Part shown: piece by piece, positions 59,065 to 64,000 of the stretch
Layout: every line of letters begins with the position of its first letter
Position numbering within the stretch: position 1 is the first letter of the stretch
Assembly: GCA_017441065.1 (NCBI GenBank)
Contig: JAFSAI010000033.1
Coordinates: 2,581 to 66,580, forward strand
Origin: Bacilli bacterium
GTDB taxonomy: Bacteria > Bacillota_I > Bacilli_A > RF39 > UBA660
DNA: 64,000 nt
Direction: 5' to 3'
Notes under the pieces: generated by a model
What the model was told of the DNA's origin: nothing
Database searches by the model: none
Seen by the model: only the letters and a program-made list of their open reading frames with translations
Position numbers and translations under genes: made by a program

Positions 59065-60326
59065 TGGAAGATTTATATCCTAAAAGAAACATTTTATGCA
59101 TTGATTTAAAAAGTTTTTTTGCGTCATGTGAATGCATAGAAAGAGGAATGGATCCTTTTAAATATCCACTTGTAGTAGCTAATCCCAACCAAGGAAGTGG
59201 TGCAATTACTTTAGCAGTTACTCCTTATTTAAAAGAGAAAGGAGTAAAATCTAGAGGAAGACTTTTTGAAATACCAACAAATATTAAATATACGATTGCT
59301 AAACCAAGAATGAGTTTGTATATGGAAAAATCCAAACAAGTAGTTAATATCTATTTAGATTTTATAGCAGAAGAAGACTTGTATATCTACTCTATTGACG
59401 AGTGTTTCTTAGATGTAACCAACTATTTAAAATTATATAAAAAAAGTGATGCAGAATTAGCAGAGGAAATACTGCAAACCATATATATAAAAACTGGACT
59501 TACCGCCACTTGCGGAATTGGTCCAAATATGCTTCTAGCAAAAGTTTCTATGGATATAGAAGCTAAACATAACTCCAATAATACTGCAAAATGGAATTAT
59601 GAAGATATTGAGGAAAAACTTTGGAAGATTACTCCATTATCTAAAATGTGGGGAATCGGCCCTAGAATGGAAAAAAATTTAAATAAGTTAGGAATTTACA
59701 CTATAGGCGATTTAGCGAAAACAAACAAATTTGAATTAAAGGATAAATTTGGTGTTATGGGTGTGGAATTATGGAATCATGCTAATGGTATTGATTTAAG
59801 CTTAATAAAAGATTATAAAAAATTAGCTAAATCAGAATCTTTTAGTCATTCCCAAGTACTTTTTAAAGATTATAACGAAAATAATATAAAAATTATTATT
59901 TCTGAAATGGTCGAAGTTTTAGCTTCAAGACTGAGAAAAAACAATAAACAAACTAAAAACATTGGACTTGGAATCGGTTATTCAAAAGATATTTCGGGAG
60001 GTTTTTATCATACAATTAAATTAGACAATCCAACAGATTCTGCTTACGAAATATTAAATAATTGTTTAATAATTTTTGACAAATTTTATGAATCTATGCC
60101 AATTCGTAAAGTTACCGTAAGTTGTGGATTACTTCAAAAAAAGGAAAGTGTTCAACTTAATTTGTTTGAAAATCGTAACGAAAATGATAATGAGTCAAAT
60201 ATTAATATAACTATTGATCAAATAAAAATGAAATATGGCAAAAATAGTTTATTAAAAGCAACTAATTTACTTGAAGAATCTACTGCTATCGAAAGAAACA
60301 AAAAAATTGGTGGGCATTATTCATGA
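59065..60326 (+). CDS. Y-family DNA polymerase (DinB/UvrX/ImpB-like)
   Basis: ILCIDLKSFFASCE palm motif. SIDECFLD catalytic acids. Helix-hairpin-helix MWGIGPRMEKNLNKLGIYTIGDL. Start at the ATG after SD GGAGGT. The track ORF 59010 starts earlier without an SD. Confidence 0.85.
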
Positions 60327-60634
60327 TAGATAGAGGTATAATTAAATGGCAACCTTTTAATTCTTGCATTTCACAAGCAAATATCTTAAATGAAATAAAA
60401 AGTGAAAGAAATAAATTGGCATTTCCTTCTCTTTCAGAAGATCAATTATATTTAATTGGAGAAAAAATAAAAGATGCTTATACACTGCAAGTAAATGTTA
60501 CTATAGAATATTATTTAGCTGGTAAAATTTTAAATGTTAACGGGAAAATCACTGCAATCAATTTCCAAGAAAAAAAGATTTATCTAAATCATAAATACAT
60601 ATTTTTTAAACAAATCTTAAAAATTAATTATTAG
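60323..60634 (+). CDS. YolD-like protein (UmuD-analogue partner of Y-family polymerases in Firmicutes)
   Basis: 103 aa. Overlaps the polymerase stop by 4 nt. Composition typical of the YolD/YqjX family. Confidence 0.6.
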   Translation: MIDRGIIKWQPFNSCISQANILNEIKSERNKLAFPSLSEDQLYLIGEKIKDAYTLQVNVTIEYYLAGKILNVNGKITAINFQEKKIYLNHKYIFFKQILKINY

Positions 60635-61356
60635 AAGTCACCATTTTTTAGGATGGAAACAATATCATTTTGCATATCTTCTTTCAAAATGTACAACATT
60701 TTATTTATATGAAATTCTGTTGTTTTATAATTTTTGGTGAAATCGAATAAATATTTATCATTTATTTCATATGATATATCAATTATTTCATTTTCAACTA
60801 AAGCACCATTCCAAGAAATTAAAGGTATTGGTACTATTTTGCCATTTTTATCAAGCTTTTGTGGCAATTTAATTTGTTTTTTATTTAAAATTGTTATTAT
60901 TTTATAAAATAAATCTTCATGTTTCTTTCCGACTTTTAACGTTAAATCTACCAAGTCATCATCACAGATTTCTGATTTTATTGTGTTTTGAGTAATTGTT
61001 TTTAACGCCTCATCATCAATAATTTCTCCATTAACAAAAATAGCACTATGAGCCACTTCTATATCATTTTCTATTAAAATATCGAATAATTTTAAAACTT
61101 TTTCTTGGAAAGTATCAAAATCATCTAAACTTACTTTATCCATGTTATATTGCAAATTAATTTGACTAAAAGATATATTAGTCATTTTTTTGTTGTTTAT
61201 TGCTGTTATAATAGGAGCAACTAAATTATCAGTATAATTAAAAATATTAAATTTGCTATATTCATCTTTCATTTCTTCTTGTAATAAATTCAACATATCT
61301 GAATGTTTATCAAAAATATTAAACCAAAAAGTTACGCTAAAGCAATTTATTTTCAT
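60631..61356 (-). CDS. Hypothetical protein
   Basis: ORF track, 241 aa. No recognisable motif. Confidence 0.4.
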   Translation of the reverse strand: MKINCFSVTFWFNIFDKHSDMLNLLQEEMKDEYSKFNIFNYTDNLVAPIITAINNKKMTNISFSQINLQYNMDKVSLDDFDTFQEKVLKLFDILIENDIEVAHSAIFVNGEIIDDEALKTITQNTIKSEICDDDLVDLTLKVGKKHEDLFYKIITILNKKQIKLPQKLDKNGKIVPIPLISWNGALVENEIIDISYEINDKYLFDFTKNYKTTEFHINKMLYILKEDMQNDIVSILKNGDF

Positions 61357-61406
61357 AATATCATCTCCAAAGATATTATATCATAAAAAAAATAGCCGAA
61401 GCTATT

Positions 61407-62027
61407 TTATAATTTTATTTCAAAAGAACTTAACATATAATTAATTTTATCTTCTAATTTTTTATCTAAAGTAGTATTATTTGGAGTTTTAACTGTTAAA
61501 CGATATGTTCTACCATTTGTTGAAATAAAATGTTCTTCAGTATAATTATCAATTTTTACATAGCAGTTATTATATTCCATATCTAATGAACCAGATGAAC
61601 ATGTAGTTGGAAGCATTGTTTCTTCAACTATGATTAATATTTTTTCGTCAGTTAAATATTTATAGATATCTTGTGATTTATATTTAAAAACCATAAAATT
61701 ATCAACATCGTATCTCATTGAATAAGATAAATCACTAACATATTTTTGCGTTGTAACTAATTCTTCTTTTCCGTTTAACATTACATATTCTAACTTCTTA
61801 TCTGTAGACATGTTTATTTTAATATAACTTTTTTCAACAAAAAAGTAATTCATTAAGTAAATAATTATACCACATAATATTACTACGCCTAGAAATATTA
61901 ATATCTTCATTATTATAGTGTTTCTAGTAATATTTCCTTTCTTCAAATTAGATTTTCCATTAGTTGCTTTATAATTTGTTTTTTTTGTAACATTTTTCTT
62001 GTTTGCCATTATTCTCACTACCTTCAT
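61407..62027 (-). CDS. Hypothetical membrane-anchored protein
   Basis: 206 aa. Basic N-terminus then one TM (ILIFLGVVILCGIIIYLMNYFFV). Extracytoplasmic body. Confidence 0.45.
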   Translation of the reverse strand: MKVVRIMANKKNVTKKTNYKATNGKSNLKKGNITRNTIIMKILIFLGVVILCGIIIYLMNYFFVEKSYIKINMSTDKKLEYVMLNGKEELVTTQKYVSDLSYSMRYDVDNFMVFKYKSQDIYKYLTDEKILIIVEETMLPTTCSSGSLDMEYNNCYVKIDNYTEEHFISTNGRTYRLTVKTPNNTTLDKKLEDKINYMLSSFEIKL

Positions 62028-62226
62028 TTAAATAATACTACGCATTTGCATTTTCAGCAATATTATTTATTTTATACAATGTCAATTAAATATAAAATGT
62101 CTTTTATAGTATGTGATATTTATTTTCTGTTTATTCTGCAAATCGATAAGGAGAATGATAGGTAAATGCTATGTAATTAAAAAATAAGCAACAAAAAACT
62201 CCGTAAATACGGAGTTAAATGTCAAT

Positions 62227-62303
62227 TGGTGGAGGATGTGGGATTCGAACCCGCGACCCCCTGCGTGCAGGGCAGGTGCTCTAGCCAGCTGAGCTAATCC
62301 CCC
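62227..62303 (-). tRNA. tRNA-Ala (anticodon UGC), encoded CCA, with unusual C33 and one C-A mismatch in the T-stem
   Basis: Reverse complement reads GGGGGATTAGCTCAGCTGGCTAGAGCACCTGCCCTGCACGCAGGGGGTCGCGGGTTCGAATCCCACATCCTCCACCA. G3-U70 Ala identity pair. TTCGAAT T-loop. Terminator AACTCCGTA-AAT-ACGGAGTT + T6 downstream at 62196-62220. Confidence 0.8.
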
Positions 62304-62352
62304 AAACGACATGATTATCTTATCACATAAAATTCAGATAATCAAGCTTTTT

Positions 62353-62553
62353 TTATTTTTTTACTACTTTTATTAAACCATTTTCTAATTCTTCTAAAGA
62401 TTTACCAATGTCTTTCTTAGAAATATAGTTGCTTATTCTCATTTGATAATGTGAAGTTTCTAGCATTTGTTTACTTCTTTTTGAAGCAACATGTACAAGC
62501 ATATACTTAGAATCTACAATATTTAATAGTTTATCAATTGATGGATATAACAT
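62353..62553 (-). CDS. rpoZ: DNA-directed RNA polymerase subunit omega
   Basis: MLYPSIDKLLNIVDSKYMLVHVASKRSKQM... closely parallels B. subtilis RpoZ ([30 protein letters not shown]). Confidence 0.85.
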   Translation of the reverse strand: MLYPSIDKLLNIVDSKYMLVHVASKRSKQMLETSHYQMRISNYISKKDIGKSLEELENGLIKVVKK

Positions 62554-62644
62554 AGTATCACTACTCCTTACAATAATATATTACTAAATATTTTTCTGTT
62601 AATACAATCTTTAAAGAAAATTTTACATTTATTTTACCAAATAA

Positions 62645-63016
62645 TTAACTATCTACTTCTACGCTTATATTATCTTGATCTTTTTTTATTTTTATAATAT
62701 TTGTATTTAATGTTTCATTTTCTTTTAATGGATTTTGGATGTTTCCATCCTTGTTAGCTACTAAAAAATCATTATCTATTAAATCTTGTACTTTTATATA
62801 AATAATATTTTCTTCGTTAAATAAATCTGGATACTTTTTACCATAAGCCACTGCACATTCCTCAATTGTCTTTATAGTATTATCATAAGCCATTTCTAAA
62901 TCATAATTATCAGAAAAAGCATAAGATACTTTATTAACAATTACAAAATAACCAATTGTAAATACAACTAAAATTATTGCCAAAAAAATCACTTTTTTAT
63001 CTTTAAATATTTTCAT
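62645..63016 (-). CDS. Hypothetical secreted/anchored protein
   Basis: 123 aa with an N-terminal TM/signal anchor. Confidence 0.4.
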   Translation of the reverse strand: MKIFKDKKVIFLAIILVVFTIGYFVIVNKVSYAFSDNYDLEMAYDNTIKTIEECAVAYGKKYPDLFNEENIIYIKVQDLIDNDFLVANKDGNIQNPLKENETLNTNIIKIKKDQDNISVEVDS

Positions 63017-63110
63017 ATTACACCTACTAAATTACAATTATATTATATACTATTTAGAATGAATATCCAAGTCTTATTTCTAAAATGAAAAAAATCTCAG
63101 TTAAGAGATT

Positions 63111-63416
63111 TTAATAACAACAATTTCTGTCATAAACATTTGATACAACATTTTCTTCACAAGTTGTGTAATATGGTGTATATGTATGTCTATAAACATG
63201 ATGATTTATTATTTTAGTATTGCAAGGCATTATATGAGGCACCTCATAACACATATATCTGTGACAAACTCTTTCTTGAGGACATTCTTGAATTGGAGGA
63301 CACATCATCACAGATTGATTTGTCATATACCCCATATCCATATTGCATCCACATGTGTTTGATTCCATATTGTGATCATAGTTTGTCTCTTTGTACTCAA
63401 ATTTCTTTTGTTCCAT
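63111..63416 (-). CDS. Cys/His/Tyr/Pro-rich small protein, CotD-like spore coat protein candidate
   Basis: 101 aa with many C, H, Y, P and M residues in short motifs (CGCNMDMGY, CPPIQECPQERVCHRYMCYEVPHIMPC, HHVYRHTYTPYY), like Bacillus CotD-type coat proteins. Confidence 0.35.
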   Translation of the reverse strand: MEQKKFEYKETNYDHNMESNTCGCNMDMGYMTNQSVMMCPPIQECPQERVCHRYMCYEVPHIMPCNTKIINHHVYRHTYTPYYTTCEENVVSNVYDRNCCY

Positions 63417-63474
63417 AACATTATTTCCTTTCTAATGTATAATATGAGAAATTTAAGTTTTGGTTTGGGTTATA

Positions 63475-64000
63475 TTAATTAGCGATTTTAAAGTGCTCTG
63501 TTGGAGAGTTCTCTGTAAGTGCCGAAAATTTATAGCCCCTAGCTTGAGCAAATTCTATTATATTAGGTAAAGCTTCTAAAGTACTCTTTTTTATATCATG
63601 CATCAGAATAATGTATTCTCCATCACCTTTTAAATTCATTTTGATATTTTTTAATATAGCTTTTGAAGAACTATCTTTTTTGTTTGTATCGCCACTATCA
63701 AATGTCCAGTCGAAATAAATATATCCATTATTCTCCATTATTTTGCTTAATTTACTCATTATCCCTTTATTATAACGTCTACTAATTGTATTAGAACTTC
63801 CACCAGGAAATCTAAATAATTTTGAATACATTCCTGTTTGAGCATAAACTATCTCACTAATTAAGTTAAAATCTGCTAGATATGTTTCTTCATTTTCGTA
63901 AATAGACCATTTATGGCTATATGTGTGTATTCCAATTGTATGACCTTTTTCATATTCTTTTTTTATAATATTTTGGTATTCCGGAAACTGATTGGTAACA
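63475..64000 (-). CDS. Polysaccharide deacetylase (NodB homology domain), C-terminal part. The gene continues past the window end.
   Basis: The 118 aa listed in the track (FPGGSSNTISRRYNKGIM...ILMHDIK) match the C-terminal half of the CE4 domain. The frame stays open upstream to position 64000. Confidence 0.5.
   Translation of the reverse strand, partial: VTNQFPEYQNIIKKEYEKGHTIGIHTYSHKWSIYENEETYLADFNLISEIVYAQTGMYSKLFRFPGGSSNTISRRYNKGIMSKLSKIMENNGYIYFDWTFDSGDTNKKDSSSKAILKNIKMNLKGDGEYIILMHDIKKSTLEALPNIIEFAQARGYKFSALTENSPTEHFKIAN

Noticed and set aside
1-64000. CRISPR arrays, IS elements/transposases, integrases, prophage genes
   Set aside because: No regularly spaced direct repeats, no DDE/HUH transposase or tyrosine/serine recombinase ORFs, and no phage structural genes were seen. 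The repeated elements present are the promoter and 3' UTR blocks of the surface-protein family.

Overview
This is AT-rich (about 27% GC by eye) chromosomal DNA from a low-GC Firmicute that forms endospores (spoIVB, spoVID-ysxE, spoIIGA-sigE-sigG and ylmC are present, as well as a CotD-like coat protein). The standard genetic code is used. Gene order in the yrzL-yrrK-yrzB-mltG-yrrMNO and dnaG-sigA-trmK blocks is Bacillus-like. Almost every gene lies on the minus strand.

The core genes are:
- the heat-shock operon hrcA-grpE-dnaK-(pepF)-dnaJ, with CIRCE operators upstream of hrcA;
- lon, tig and greA;
- the yrrMNO (trmR and two peptidase U32 genes) block, which in B. subtilis is a tRNA ho5U/mo5U modification operon;
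- mltG, ruvX and ireB;
- dnaG-sigA-trmK;
- pilD and pilC, with a pilB/gspE-type ATPase at a separate locus;
- spoIVB;
- ftsA-ftsZ-spoIIGA-sigE-(gene for a G5-domain protein)-sigG-ylmC-lspA-rluD;
- rplT-rpmI-infC;
- thrS behind a T-box leader;
- yidD;
- a Y-family DNA polymerase gene with a yolD-like partner;
- tRNA-Ala;
- rpoZ.

The most striking accessory content is a dispersed five-member family of N-terminally anchored surface proteins at 405-1649, 8304-9560, 20506-21645, 36857-38146 and 43645-45378. Each has a conserved N-terminal module, a variable centre and a conserved C-terminal GTGTxTDPYII motif. Three copies are driven by a nearly identical promoter in which a C8-C9 tract on the plus strand (a G tract on the coding strand) sits in the spacer between a TTGACT -35 and a TATACT -10. 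That gives spacers of 15-16 nt and is the classic arrangement for slipped-strand phase variation. The genes also carry a conserved 3' UTR element, which has one orphan copy at 31727-31790.

Other points worth a second look:
- a candidate type I toxin-antitoxin-like pair (a 34-aa hydrophobic peptide with a convergent small RNA) at 21740-22100;
- a P-loop ATPase with a SpoIIM-like membrane protein, flanked by small hydrophobic peptide ORFs;
- a rhomboid protease gene with a single in-frame TGA;
- a frameshifted Fic gene whose catalytic His is replaced;
- ribosomal protein L20 with a C-terminal Rho_N-like extension;
- infC starting on AUA;
- an orphan RnfC/RnfD-like gene pair.

No CRISPR array, IS element or prophage was seen.
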